A stretch of 64,000 bases of DNA from a bacterium (GTDB lineage: Bacteria; Bacteroidota; Bacteroidia; Bacteroidales; Muribaculaceae): assembly GCA_963601185.1 (NCBI GenBank), contig CAVCEE010000012.1:8436-72435 (forward strand). The letters are read 5' to 3'. The notes below the pieces were generated by a model, which saw only the letters and a program-made list of their open reading frames with translations, was not told where the DNA came from and searched no databases. Below, piece by piece: positions 1 to 10,700 of this stretch. Made by a program: the position numbers and the translations under genes. Numbering within the stretch: the first letter of the stretch is position 1; every line of letters begins with the position of its first letter.

Positions 1-222
1 TTGCAGATAGAGCGCAGTTTTGCCGTCTTCGGTCTTTGTATAAGGCTTCGAAGCCTCCATTATCTTGTTGTGGATGGTGTTGTCCACACTGTCGGCTGCG
101 GCTTCGGTGGCATTGCGTTTTGCCACGGCTGCCTCATACGACTGCCGATAGTTTTCCTCGGTGGTCTTGCATCCGGTAAGGATTATTGCCATTGCCGCGA
201 CCGTCAACACTGACCGTTTCAT
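1..222 (-). CDS. lipoprotein, N-terminal 74 codons only (gene continues beyond the left edge)
   Basis: Reverse-strand ATG at 222-220 opens MKRSVLTVAAMAIILTGCKTTEEN... (signal peptide plus LTGC lipobox). The frame stays open to position 1. It has no in-window stop, so it is absent from the ORF track. It lies 7 nt downstream of the preceding minus-strand gene. The + ORF 1-213 is its antisense shadow. Confidence 0.55.
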   Translation of the reverse strand, partial: MKRSVLTVAAMAIILTGCKTTEENYRQSYEAAVAKRNATEAAADSVDNTIHNKIMEASKPYTKTEDGKTALYLQ

Positions 223-229
223 ATCTCAA

Positions 230-766
230 TTACTTTTCGTATTTCTCGATGCCTTTGAGTTTCAGCAGATAGCGCAAGTGAGTGTAGGGGAGAATCGAGC
301 CGTTGCCAGTGTTGCTGTAGCCATACTGGTAAGGGATGATAACCTCGCATGAGTCGCCCACATTCATTGCCATCAAGGCAATCTGGAAACCCTCTACGGT
401 GTTCGACAAGCGTTGCTGATAGGTGCTGTCGGTAAGCAAGTATGACGAATCTACAGCCACTTCACGGCAGTTGAGCAGTTTGTACTTCACGTTGACTGTC
501 GATGAAATGAGCGGCGTAAGGTTGCCTTCCGTAGTCGTGCGGTCGTTGAAATAGTGGATTAGCACGTATGCGCTTTGGTCAAACTCCGGTGTCACTTTCT
601 GGAAATAGGGTTTGCCGTTGGCATCGGTCAAAGCCTCTTGCTTTGCCAGCCATTCGTTGTTTTCGACACGCCAATCCTTGTAGTATTCCCATGCGTCGCG
701 CACTGGGTCGAGTTTGCACGCCGACAACACAAAGATGAACAGAGCGATTAATGGTAGTCTTTTCAT
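230..766 (-). CDS. FKBP-type peptidyl-prolyl isomerase-like lipoprotein
   Basis: 178 aa. Signal peptide plus lipobox (FVLSAC). The C-terminal half has an FKBP-like pattern: VNVKYKL...GFQIALMAMNVGDSCEVIIPYQYGY...LRYLLKLKGIE. Confidence 0.6.
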   Translation of the reverse strand: MKRLPLIALFIFVLSACKLDPVRDAWEYYKDWRVENNEWLAKQEALTDANGKPYFQKVTPEFDQSAYVLIHYFNDRTTTEGNLTPLISSTVNVKYKLLNCREVAVDSSYLLTDSTYQQRLSNTVEGFQIALMAMNVGDSCEVIIPYQYGYSNTGNGSILPYTHLRYLLKLKGIEKYEK

Positions 767-784
767 TGATTGCTTGATTGCTTT

Positions 785-1378
785 TTAAAATTCCACTTTA
801 GGCGCAGTTTGGGCGGTCTCGTCAGCCTGGAACTGCGGCTTTTTGCTGAATCCGAACATACTTGCTATGATGTTGCCCGGAAAGCGCATCACCGCATTGT
901 TGTATTGGTTTACGGCGTTGGTGTAGTCGGTACGCGCCGTAGAGATGCGGTTTTCAGTGCCCTCCAACTGTACTTGCAGGTCGCGGAAATTTTCCGTACC
1001 CTTGATGTTGGGATAAGCCTCCGACACAGCCAACAGCGACTTCAACGCACCCGAAAGTTCGTTTTGAGCCTGCTGGAATTTCTTGAGGTTTTCCTCCGTC
1101 AACTGGTCGGCGGATATGCTCACCGACCCCACTTTGGCGCGGGCGTCGGTAACTGCCTGAAGCGTGTTTGCCTCGTGGGCAGCCGCACCCTTCACCGTGC
1201 TCACAAGATTGGGCACGAGGTCGGCGCGGCGCTGGTAGGCAGTCTGCACCTTTCCCCAAGCATTTTCCACTTCGTTGCTGTCAGTTACAATCGTATTGTA
1301 CTTGCTTATGGAGCATCCTCCGAAAATCAGGAGAACCACCACAACCGACACGATTGTTATCAATACAGATTTCTTCAT
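785..1378 (-). CDS. lemA: LemA family protein
   Basis: 197 aa. N-terminal TM helix, then the LemA-typical NEVENAWGKVQTAYQRRADLVPNLV motif. Confidence 0.8.
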   Translation of the reverse strand: MKKSVLITIVSVVVVLLIFGGCSISKYNTIVTDSNEVENAWGKVQTAYQRRADLVPNLVSTVKGAAAHEANTLQAVTDARAKVGSVSISADQLTEENLKKFQQAQNELSGALKSLLAVSEAYPNIKGTENFRDLQVQLEGTENRISTARTDYTNAVNQYNNAVMRFPGNIIASMFGFSKKPQFQADETAQTAPKVEF

Positions 1379-1402
1379 AGCGTGGGTATGGTTTGGATGT
1401 TG

Positions 1403-2944
1403 TTATACCAATTTCTTGAGCAGTGACTTCATGCCAACTTCCTTTTCGAGGATGTCGGCGAGGTCGGCAACGGCAACACGGCTCTGCTCCATAGTGTCGC
1501 GGTGACGGATGGTTACAGTGTTGTCCTCAAGAGTTTGATGGTCGACAGTGATACAGAACGGTGTACCGATGGCATCCTGACGGCGGTAACGCTTGCCGAT
1601 GGAGTCTTTGCCGTCGAACTGCACCTTGAAGTCAAACTTGAGTGAGTCGATAATCTCCTGAGCCTTTTCAGGAAGACCGTCCTTGCGCACGAGCGGCATA
1701 ATTGCAGCCTTCACCGGTGCGAGAGCAGCCGGGAGGTGAAGCACTACGCGAGTTTCGCCGTTCTCCAGAGCCTCTTCCTCGTAGGATGAAGCAAATACGG
1801 AGAGGAACATACGGTCAACACCGATAGATGTCTCGATGACGTAAGGAGTGTATGACTGGTTGAGTTCCGGGTCGAAGTATTGGATTTTCTTGCCTGAGAA
1901 CTTCTCGTGGTTACCGAGGTCGAAATTGGTGCGAGAGTGGATACCCTCAACCTCCTTGAAGCCGAACGGCATAAGGAATTCGATGTCGGTAGCGGCATTG
2001 GCGTAGTGAGCCAACTTCTCGTGGTCGTGGTAGCGGTACTTCTCGTCGCCGAGGCCGAGAGCCTTGTGCCATTTCAAGCGAGTCTCTTTCCATTTCTTGA
2101 ACCATTCGAGTTCCTCGCCTGGACGAACAAAGAATTGCATTTCCATCTGCTCAAACTCGCGCATACGGAAGATGAACTGGCGTGCTACGATTTCGTTGCG
2201 GAACGCTTTACCGATTTGTGCGATACCGAAAGGAATGCGCATACGGCCGGTTTTCTGAACGTTGAGGAAGTTCACGAAGATACCCTGTGCAGTTTCCGGA
2301 CGGAGGTAAACCTTCATCGAACCGTCGGCTGTGCTGCCCATCTCGGTAGAGAACATCAGGTTGAACTGACGCACCTCTGTCCAGTTTTTGGTGCCTGAAA
2401 TAGGGCAGACAATACCGTAGTCGAGGATGATTTGGCGGAGTTCCTCAAGGTCCATGTCGTTCATCGCCTTGGCGAAACGCTCGTGGAGTTCGTTGCGCTT
2501 AGCGAGGTGCTCCTGCACGCGAGGGTTGGTTTCGCGGTAGAGTTTCTCGTCGAAGCCTTCGCCAAACTTCTTGGCAGCCTTTGCCACCTCTTTGTTGATT
2601 TTATCGTCGTATTTTGCTATTTCGTCTTCAATGAGCACATCGGCACGATAGCGCTTCTTGGAGTCGCGGTTGTCGATCAACGGGTCGTTGAAAGCGTCAA
2701 CGTGACCTGAGGCTTTCCAGATAGTAGGATGCATAAAGATGGAAGAGTCCAGACCAACGATGTTCTCGTTGAGCTGCGTCATAGCGTCCCACCAATAGCG
2801 TTTGATGTTGTTTTTCAACTCAACACCGTTTTGGCCGTAGTCGTAGACTGCCGACAGTCCGTCGTAGATTTCGCTCGACGGAAAAACGAATCCATACTCT
2901 TTGGCGTGAGCCACAATTTTCTTAAACAAATCTTCTTGTGCCAT
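1403..2944 (-). CDS. glyQS: glycine--tRNA ligase (alpha2 class II type)
   Basis: 513 aa. The N-terminus FVFPSSEIYDGLSAVYDYGQNGVELKNNIKRYWW is typical of homodimeric GlyRS. The length matches. Confidence 0.9.
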   Translation of the reverse strand: MAQEDLFKKIVAHAKEYGFVFPSSEIYDGLSAVYDYGQNGVELKNNIKRYWWDAMTQLNENIVGLDSSIFMHPTIWKASGHVDAFNDPLIDNRDSKKRYRADVLIEDEIAKYDDKINKEVAKAAKKFGEGFDEKLYRETNPRVQEHLAKRNELHERFAKAMNDMDLEELRQIILDYGIVCPISGTKNWTEVRQFNLMFSTEMGSTADGSMKVYLRPETAQGIFVNFLNVQKTGRMRIPFGIAQIGKAFRNEIVARQFIFRMREFEQMEMQFFVRPGEELEWFKKWKETRLKWHKALGLGDEKYRYHDHEKLAHYANAATDIEFLMPFGFKEVEGIHSRTNFDLGNHEKFSGKKIQYFDPELNQSYTPYVIETSIGVDRMFLSVFASSYEEEALENGETRVVLHLPAALAPVKAAIMPLVRKDGLPEKAQEIIDSLKFDFKVQFDGKDSIGKRYRRQDAIGTPFCITVDHQTLEDNTVTIRHRDTMEQSRVAVADLADILEKEVGMKSLLKKLV

Positions 2945-3047
2945 TTTTTATCTTGTTTTTTCTGAAATTTCCGTTTTTTAGGGACATTAAGCCCCTATTT
3001 ACATCATTTTGAGGTGCAAAGTAAATAAAATTTCTCGATTTTCTTCT

Positions 3048-3055
3048 TATTTTTG
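3048..3055 (+). promoter_or_regulatory. Bacteroidota -7 promoter box TATTTTTG (parC)
   Basis: Exact match to the TAnnTTTG consensus, about 95 nt upstream of the parC ATG. Confidence 0.4.
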
Positions 3056-3150
3056 CAGAGCCTTTCCCCTGAAATTGTATTTATTTGGTAAATAACCTAC
3101 TTTTTTAACTACGAAAACCATTCTCCGGAAGGCATTAAACTGATCCAAGT

Positions 3151-5826
3151 ATGAAAGAAGACGAAATAATCGACGACGTAACCGAAAATTCTGATATTGA
3201 GCAACTGTCGGCTTCCGAGGCCCACTCTTCCTATGTGGTGCCGAAGGACAAGAGCAAGCATTTGTCGGGAATGTTCCAAAACTGGTTTCTCGACTATGCT
3301 TCCTATGTGATTCTGGAGCGCGCAGTGCCTCATATCCAGGACGGATTGAAGCCTGTGCAGCGGCGCATCCTCCACACAATGAAGGAACTCGACGACGGAC
3401 GTTTCAATAAGGTTGCCAACGTGGTGGGTAGCACTATGCAGTATCACCCTCACGGTGACGCCTCTATCGGCGATGCCCTCGTGCAACTTGGACAGAAAGA
3501 CTTGCTGGTCGAGACGCAGGGTAACTGGGGAAACATCCTCACTGGCGACGGCGCGGCTGCTCCCCGTTACATCGAGGCACGCCTGTCGGAGTTTGCCCTC
3601 GAAACGGTGTTCAATCCAAAGACCACCGACTGGACGGTGAGTTACGATGGTCGCAAGCCCGAACCTGTGACGCTCCCGGTGAAGTATCCGCTGCTTCTTG
3701 CGCAAGGTGCTGAGGGTATTGCCGTGGGATTGTCGTCGAAGATTTTGCCGCACAACTTTGTGGAAATCATCGATGCCGCCATAGCCTACCTCCGTGGAGA
3801 GGAGTTTGCGCTCTATCCCGATTTCCCGACAGGCGGCTATGTCGACGTGTCGAAATACAACGACGGCGAGCGCGGAGGTTCGGTGCGCGTGCGTGCCAAA
3901 ATCGAGAAAATCGACAACAAGACCCTCGAGATTATCGATGTGCCGTTTGGACGCACTTCAGGAAGTGTGATTGAAACGATTATCAAAGCCCAGGAAAAGG
4001 GCAAAATCAAAATAAAGAAGGTCGACGACAACACGTCGGACAAGGCCGACATCATCGTGCATCTACTGCCGGGCACCTCGAGCGACCGCACCATTGACGC
4101 GCTCTACGCTTTCACCGACTGTGAGGTGAGCATTTCGCCCAACTGCTGCGTGATTTCCGACCGCAAGCCGCATTTCCTCACGGTGAGCGACGTGCTCCGC
4201 CACAGTGTTGACACCACCAAGGACTTGTTGCGGCGTGAACTCGAAATTCTTCGTGGAGAATTGCAGGAAAGTCTGTTCTATTCGTCGCTGGAGAAAATCT
4301 TCATCGAGGAGCGAATCTACAAGGACAAGGAGTATGAGCAAAGCAAGAGCATTGACGAGGCAGTGGCGCACATCGACAAGCGTCTCACTCCGTTCAAGCC
4401 CGACTTTGTGCGTGATGTGACTCGCGACGATATTCTAAAATTGCTTGAAATCAAGATGAAACGCATCTTGAAGTTCAGTGCCGACACGGCCGCCGCCAAC
4501 ATCGAGTTGCTGAAGCAGCGCATTGCCGAAATCGATGACAAACTCACACGGATGGTTGAGGTGACAATCGACTGGTTCAAGCATCTCAAGGAGAAATACG
4601 GCGCACAGTATCCTCGCCGCACCATCATCCGCAACTTTGACAATATTGAGGCAACTCGCGTGGCGGAAGCCAACGAGAAACTCTACATCAACCGCGAAGA
4701 CGGATTTATCGGCACAGGTCTGAAGAAAGACGAGTTCGTTTGCAACTGCTCGGACATCGACGACATTATAATCTTCTACAAGGACGGTAAATACAAGGTG
4801 GTAAAGGTGGCTGAAAAACTCTATGTGGGCAAGCACATCCTTTACATCAACGTGTTTAAGCGCAACGACCAACGCACCATCTATAACCTTGTTTACCAGA
4901 ATGGTAAGGCTGGCGTGACCTATATGAAACGCTTCGCTGTCACTGGGCTGACACGCGACAAGGAATACGACATGACGCAAGGGCTGAAAGGCACCAAAAT
5001 ATGGTGGTTCTCAGCAAACCCCAACGGTGAGGCAGAAACTTTGCGCATCACGCTCAAGGAGAAACCGCGCCTGAAAGTGCTGCAGTTCGACATAAGTTTT
5101 GCCGACCTTGCCATCAAGAACAAATCGGCGCTTGGCAATATGGTGACTAAGAACGAAATCCACCGCGTGTCGCTCAAGGAGCGCGGAGTTTCCACGCTTG
5201 GTGGACGCGAGGTGTGGTTCGACCCCGATGTGCTTCGCCTGAACTACGACGGCAGAGGCAATTCCCTCGGAGAATTCAATGCCAACGACAAAATCCTGAT
5301 TGTGCTCAAAAACGGCCAGTTCTACACATCGTCGTTCGATGCCGGCAACCACTACGAGGACAACATCCTCCGCATTGAACGCTTTGAGGAAGGCAAGGTC
5401 TGGACGGCAGTGCTCGACGATGCCGATCAGGGACATCCCTACATCAAGCGTTTCTGTTTCGAGCAGACAGCCAAGAAGCAGAGTTTCATCGGCGACAATC
5501 CCAATTCCACGTTGAGAATACTTTCCGACGAACGCTATCCGCGCTACAAAGTGACCTTTGGCGGTGCCGACGAGTTCCGCGACCCTATGGTTGTCGATGC
5601 TGAAGAGTTTATCGGCGCAAAGAGTTACAAGGCAAAAGGCAAGCGCATAACCAATTTCGACATCGCCTCGATTGACGAGATAGAGCCGCGCGAAGTGCCG
5701 GAAGAGGAAACGCCGGCGGTCGACATCGAGGTTGAAGAGGTGTCAAAGGACGATGTGATTAACCAGAACGATGTGCGCGACGAACTTACTGGGCAGACGC
5801 GCCTGTTTGAAGACGAAGATTTGTAA
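3151..5826 (+). CDS. parC: DNA topoisomerase IV subunit A (GyrA/ParC family)
   Basis: 891 aa. Motifs DGLKPVQRRIL, HPHGD and the catalytic-Tyr region AAPRYIEARL. The size and acidic tail fit the Bacteroidota ParC paralogue rather than GyrA. Confidence 0.8.
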   Translation: MKEDEIIDDVTENSDIEQLSASEAHSSYVVPKDKSKHLSGMFQNWFLDYASYVILERAVPHIQDGLKPVQRRILHTMKELDDGRFNKVANVVGSTMQYHPHGDASIGDALVQLGQKDLLVETQGNWGNILTGDGAAAPRYIEARLSEFALETVFNPKTTDWTVSYDGRKPEPVTLPVKYPLLLAQGAEGIAVGLSSKILPHNFVEIIDAAIAYLRGEEFALYPDFPTGGYVDVSKYNDGERGGSVRVRAKIEKIDNKTLEIIDVPFGRTSGSVIETIIKAQEKGKIKIKKVDDNTSDKADIIVHLLPGTSSDRTIDALYAFTDCEVSISPNCCVISDRKPHFLTVSDVLRHSVDTTKDLLRRELEILRGELQESLFYSSLEKIFIEERIYKDKEYEQSKSIDEAVAHIDKRLTPFKPDFVRDVTRDDILKLLEIKMKRILKFSADTAAANIELLKQRIAEIDDKLTRMVEVTIDWFKHLKEKYGAQYPRRTIIRNFDNIEATRVAEANEKLYINREDGFIGTGLKKDEFVCNCSDIDDIIIFYKDGKYKVVKVAEKLYVGKHILYINVFKRNDQRTIYNLVYQNGKAGVTYMKRFAVTGLTRDKEYDMTQGLKGTKIWWFSANPNGEAETLRITLKEKPRLKVLQFDISFADLAIKNKSALGNMVTKNEIHRVSLKERGVSTLGGREVWFDPDVLRLNYDGRGNSLGEFNANDKILIVLKNGQFYTSSFDAGNHYEDNILRIERFEEGKVWTAVLDDADQGHPYIKRFCFEQTAKKQSFIGDNPNSTLRILSDERYPRYKVTFGGADEFRDPMVVDAEEFIGAKSYKAKGKRITNFDIASIDEIEPREVPEEETPAVDIEVEEVSKDDVINQNDVRDELTGQTRLFEDEDL

Positions 5827-6684
5827 ATGAAAAAGACAATATTGACAATACTCGCCGCCGTGGCGATGGCGATGCCGTTGGCTGCCAGTGCTGAAGAAAC
5901 GGATTCTGTGGTTGTGCGCCCGGCAGCGGTGTCGGTGATGCTCGATGCCGGACACGTGCGCACCCTCGACACCTATATCAGCCCTCTGTTCTATAGCGGA
6001 GGGCACACACGCATCAGTTTCGAACGGCTACGCGCCACTCGGTTCTGCCCAGAACGGTGGGTGGGACGAATATCCGGCGGCGTGACCTTCGACAGTCCGT
6101 CGAATCCGGCTGGCAACAATTCGCTCTATTCGCTGCTCCTCGATGCAGACTATTCGATGATGTACCGTTGGCGGTTGCCGCATCAGTTCTCGGTTTATGC
6201 CGGTCCTGACCTCGGCTTTGTCGGAGGTGCGAATTACAATTCACGCAACTCAAACAACGTGGTTTCTCCGCAAATCCGCCTCTTTGTAGGGGCAAGCGGC
6301 AGAGTGTCGTGGCGCACGCATCTGCGCCGGTTGCCGCTGACGGTGAGTTACCAGACCGTAGTGCCGGTGGTGGGCGGATTTTTCCTGCCCGACTATGACC
6401 AGTCGTTCTATGAAATCTACCTTGGCAATTACGACAAGACAATCAACTTCGGCTATTGGGGCAACCGCTTCGACATCAACAACACCCTGACTGCCGATTT
6501 CCATTTCGGCTTCACGTCGCTGCGCATCGGCTACCGCAATGAGTTTACCACCGTGTGGAAAAACAACATCAACCAGCGTCTGCAAACCCACAGTCTCGTC
6601 ATCGGCGTGCAGTGGGAATCAATTCGGCTTAATCCACGCTACGGTAAAATCGAAAAAGCAAAAATAATTTCGGCAATTTATTGA
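5827..6684 (+). CDS. hypothetical exported protein (signal peptide)
   Basis: 285 aa. Signal peptide MKKTILTILAAVAMAMPLAASA. The ATG directly abuts the parC stop (TAAATG). No family recognised with confidence. Confidence 0.6.
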   Translation: MKKTILTILAAVAMAMPLAASAEETDSVVVRPAAVSVMLDAGHVRTLDTYISPLFYSGGHTRISFERLRATRFCPERWVGRISGGVTFDSPSNPAGNNSLYSLLLDADYSMMYRWRLPHQFSVYAGPDLGFVGGANYNSRNSNNVVSPQIRLFVGASGRVSWRTHLRRLPLTVSYQTVVPVVGGFFLPDYDQSFYEIYLGNYDKTINFGYWGNRFDINNTLTADFHFGFTSLRIGYRNEFTTVWKNNINQRLQTHSLVIGVQWESIRLNPRYGKIEKAKIISAIY

Positions 6685-6685
6685 T

Positions 6686-7714
6686 ATGAAAAATATTACC
6701 ATCAAAATAATCGTTGCACTCGTGTGTTTGCTGTCGGCTACGGCATGCCACGACGTGACGGAGTATGCCAACAACCCACAGGGCAACTTTGAAGCCTTGT
6801 GGACAATCCTCGACGAGCACTATTGCTTCTTCAAATACAAGAATGTGGACTGGCAGGAGGTGCACGACCGCTACGCTGCCAAAATCAGCAACGATATGAC
6901 GCAGGAGGAACTGTTCCGTGTGTGTGCCGAGATGGTGAAGGAACTGAAGGACGGACACACCAACCTGATTTCCACGTTCGATGCGTCGCGCTATTGGATT
7001 TACGAGCAGTATCCGCAGAACTATGACGAGCGGATTGTTGAGGAAAACTATCTGCACTTTGATTACCGTATAACTTCGGGCATAAACTACCGCATACTCG
7101 ACAACAACTATGCGTATATGTACTACGGCTCGTTTTCGAGTGTGATAGGCGACGGCAATCTTGACAATGTGCTTGCCACTTTGTCGCTTGCCGACGGACT
7201 GATTATCGATGTGCGCAACAATGGCGGCGGCTACATAACCAATGCGGAAACACTTGTTGCTCGCTTCATCGACAAGCCGTTGCTTGCCGGATATATCTGC
7301 CACAAGACTGGAACTGGGCACGATGATTTCTCAGAACTTTATGCCTACAACATCGACCCTGCCAAGGATCGTGTGCATTGGAAGAATAAGCCGATTGCCA
7401 TACTCACAAACCGGTCTACATTCAGCGCAGCCAACAATTTTGTGTCGCTGATGAAGAATCTACCTAACGTAGTCATTGTGGGCGATACAACTGGTGGCGG
7501 CTGCGGACTGCCGTTCACATCTGAACTGCCCAACGGCTGGGCGATACGCTTCAGTGCTGCTCCAATCTATGACGCCAACCGCCAACTCACCGAGTTTGGC
7601 GTAGACCCTACCGAAGGCTACAAGGTGGATATGGATGCCGCCGACAGTGCCCAAGGCATCGACACCATTTTGGAAACCGCATTCAAGGCGTTGACCGAGA
7701 TGCAGAAGAAATAG
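6686..7714 (+). CDS. S41 family peptidase (lipoprotein)
   Basis: 342 aa. Lipobox LSATAC. S41-like motifs DVRNNGGGY and FSAANNFVSLMK...VGDTTGGG. Confidence 0.75.
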   Translation: MKNITIKIIVALVCLLSATACHDVTEYANNPQGNFEALWTILDEHYCFFKYKNVDWQEVHDRYAAKISNDMTQEELFRVCAEMVKELKDGHTNLISTFDASRYWIYEQYPQNYDERIVEENYLHFDYRITSGINYRILDNNYAYMYYGSFSSVIGDGNLDNVLATLSLADGLIIDVRNNGGGYITNAETLVARFIDKPLLAGYICHKTGTGHDDFSELYAYNIDPAKDRVHWKNKPIAILTNRSTFSAANNFVSLMKNLPNVVIVGDTTGGGCGLPFTSELPNGWAIRFSAAPIYDANRQLTEFGVDPTEGYKVDMDAADSAQGIDTILETAFKALTEMQKK

Positions 7715-7761
7715 GGTGGGATTTGTGGGGCTGCCCATACGCATAATTCCACTTTTTGCCG

Positions 7762-7769
7762 TAATTTTG
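7762..7769 (+). promoter_or_regulatory. -7 promoter box TAATTTTG (mfd)
   Basis: TAnnTTTG match about 20 nt upstream of the mfd ATG. Confidence 0.35.
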
Positions 7770-7789
7770 CGGCGTAGAATTTTAGAGAT

Positions 7790-10700
7790 ATGGACATTTC
7801 TGAATTGTGCGGACTGCTGATGCCGGCGGCCCGCGTTGCGGCATTGAGCAAATGCTTGAAAGACAAGAAAATCAAACGGATAAAGATGGACGGCTTGGTG
7901 GGCTCTGCGCCTGCTGTGGTGTTCTCGTGTCTGCCCAGACTGAAGCAGCCGTATCTGGCTGTGGCAAACGATATGGACGAAGCCGGATACCTCTACAACG
8001 ACCTCTGCCAGATTCTCGGAGAGGAGGCAATATTGATTTTTCCGTCGGGCTATAAGCGCGACATCAAATATGGTCAGGCTGACCCTCCATCGCAGATTCT
8101 CCGCTCAGAGGTGTTGAGCCGGTGGGGCGACGGCAAATTGAAGATTGTGGTCACCTATCCGGAGGCACTTGCCGAGAAGGTTGCGCCGAGAAAAGCGATT
8201 GAGGACAGTACTCTTACTTTCCGCAAGGGCGGTACGGCAGACCTCACGGAAACTGCCAAACGCTTGCGCGACTTCGGGTTTACGACGGTCGACTATGTGT
8301 ATGAGCCAGGACAGTTTGCCGTGCGTGGATCAATCCTCGACATTTTCTCTTTTGCCAACGAGCAGCCTTACCGCATCGACTTTTTCGGCGACGACATCGA
8401 GAGCATACGCACATTCAACATCGAGACGCAACTGTCGGAGCAACCGGTCGACGAGATTACCGTAGTCAACAACCTTAATGCCGGAACGGCGGACGGCACG
8501 TCCTTTCTCCGTTTCGCTGGGGCTGACACTGTGCTTCTGCTCCACGACCGCGAATGGCTTTGCCAACGAGTGCATGCCGTGGCTGAAGAAACACTGTCGG
8601 AAAGTGCCGTGGTGGCTCGCGAGGGCGATGCCCACGCTATGGATAACGTGGTCGATGCCGACCAGTTTTGCGCTGATGTCAACGGATTTCGCTCGGTGGA
8701 CTATGCCGTAACCAACCGTGGCACGCACGATGCCACACTTACGTTCAATACCTCGCTTCAGGGCGTGTTCCACAAGAATTTCGACATTATCAGCACCTCG
8801 TTCAAGCAGTTTGAAGCGGATGGTTACAAGATTTGCATTCTGTCCGACAGCGAGCCGCAGTTTGAACGACTTCGCTCCATCTTCGACGATCGCCACGACG
8901 AGATTCGTTTCACGCCGGTGCTGCGAACCCTCCACGAGGGATTTGTCGACAACGACCACAAAATCTGTGCATTCACCGACCATCAGATTTTCGAGCGTTT
9001 CCACAAATACACGCTGAAGAGCGACCGTGTGCGCTCCGGCAAACTTGCTTTGTCGCTTAAGGAACTGTCGCAAATCGAGGTGGGCGACTACATTGTCCAC
9101 GTGGACCATGGTGTGGGTCGCTTCGGCGGACTTGTGCGCACTGCCGTCAACGGCAAGATGCAGGAGATGATTAAACTCACATATCTCAACGACGACAAGA
9201 TTTTCGTATCAATACATTCACTTCATAAACTCGCCAAATACCGCGGAAAGGAGGGCATAGAGCCGCGGCTCAACAAACTCGGTTCGGGGGCGTGGAACAA
9301 GGTGAAGGAGCGCACCAAGTCAAAACTCAAGGACATCGCGCGCGACCTTATCCGCCTTTATGCCGCACGCCGCCAGGAGCAGGGCTTTGCCTATTCGCCC
9401 GACGGCTATTTGCAGCACGAACTGGAGGCTTCGTTTATCTATGAGGACACGCCCGACCAACTGAAAGCCACGGAGGCCGTGAAGGCCGATATGGAAAGCA
9501 ACCGCCCGATGGATCGCCTGATTTGCGGCGATGTTGGCTTTGGCAAGACGGAGGTGGCTATCCGTGCGGCATTCAAGGCGGCCACCGACGGCAAGCAGAC
9601 TGCCGTACTGGTGCCTACCACAGTGCTGGCGTACCAGCATTTCACCACTTTCAGCGAGCGATTGAAGGAATTTCCTGTGCGTGTAGACTATCTGAGTCGT
9701 GCTCGCAAGCCGAAGGATGTGAAGCGCATCCTCGAAGAACTCAAAGATGGAAAAATCGACATACTTATAGGTACTCATAAACTCATCGGCAAGAGTGTGC
9801 AATTCAAGGATTTGGGATTGCTCGTTGTCGACGAGGAACAGAAGTTTGGCGTGGGAGTGAAGGAGAAACTCAAGCAGTTGAAGGTTAACGTAGACACCCT
9901 CACTATGTCGGCAACGCCGATACCACGCACGTTGCAGTTCTCGCTTATGGGTGCGCGCGATTTGAGTGCCATCAACACTCCGCCGCGCAATCGCTATCCC
10001 ATCATCACCTCGGTGACAGCCCTTGATGACGATATTCTCAAGGAGGCAATCAACTTTGAGTTGGCGCGCGGCGGACAGGTGTTTATTGTGAACAACCGCA
10101 TAGAGCAACTCTTCGACCTTGAGAGCCGTGTGCGTCGGCTGGTGCCCGACGCTCGCACCATCATCGGCCACGGTCAGATGGCTTCCGACAAATTGGAACA
10201 GACGATTATCGACTTCGCTTCGCATCAGTATGACGTGTTGCTTGCCACCACAATCATCGAGAGCGGTATCGATATGCCGAACGTCAACACCATAATTATC
10301 AACAATGCGCAGAATTTCGGATTGAGCGAACTCCATCAGTTGCGCGGCCGTGTGGGGCGTAGCAACCGCAAAGCGTTCTGCTATCTGCTTGTGCCGCCAG
10401 AAGCGTCGCTCACTCCTGTGGCACGCCGACGGTTGCAGGCCATTGAGAGTTTCTCCGACCTTGGTAGCGGCATCCACATTGCTATGCAGGATCTCGACAT
10501 CCGCGGAGCGGGCAATCTGCTCGGCGCGGAGCAGAGTGGATTTATTGCCGACCTTGGCTATGAGACCTACCAGAAAATCCTTAAGGAGGCTGTGCTGGAA
10601 TTGAAGACGGAGGAGTTTGCCGACACATTTGCCGAGGAAAATGCCTCTGCCGCCGACACCTCCTATGCCAATGACTGTACGATTGAGAGTGACCTCGAAA

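Noticed and set aside
1-213. 70-aa + strand ORF at the left edge
   Set aside because: The opposite strand encodes a convincing lipoprotein N-terminus (signal peptide plus lipobox) in operon position after the FKBP-like gene.
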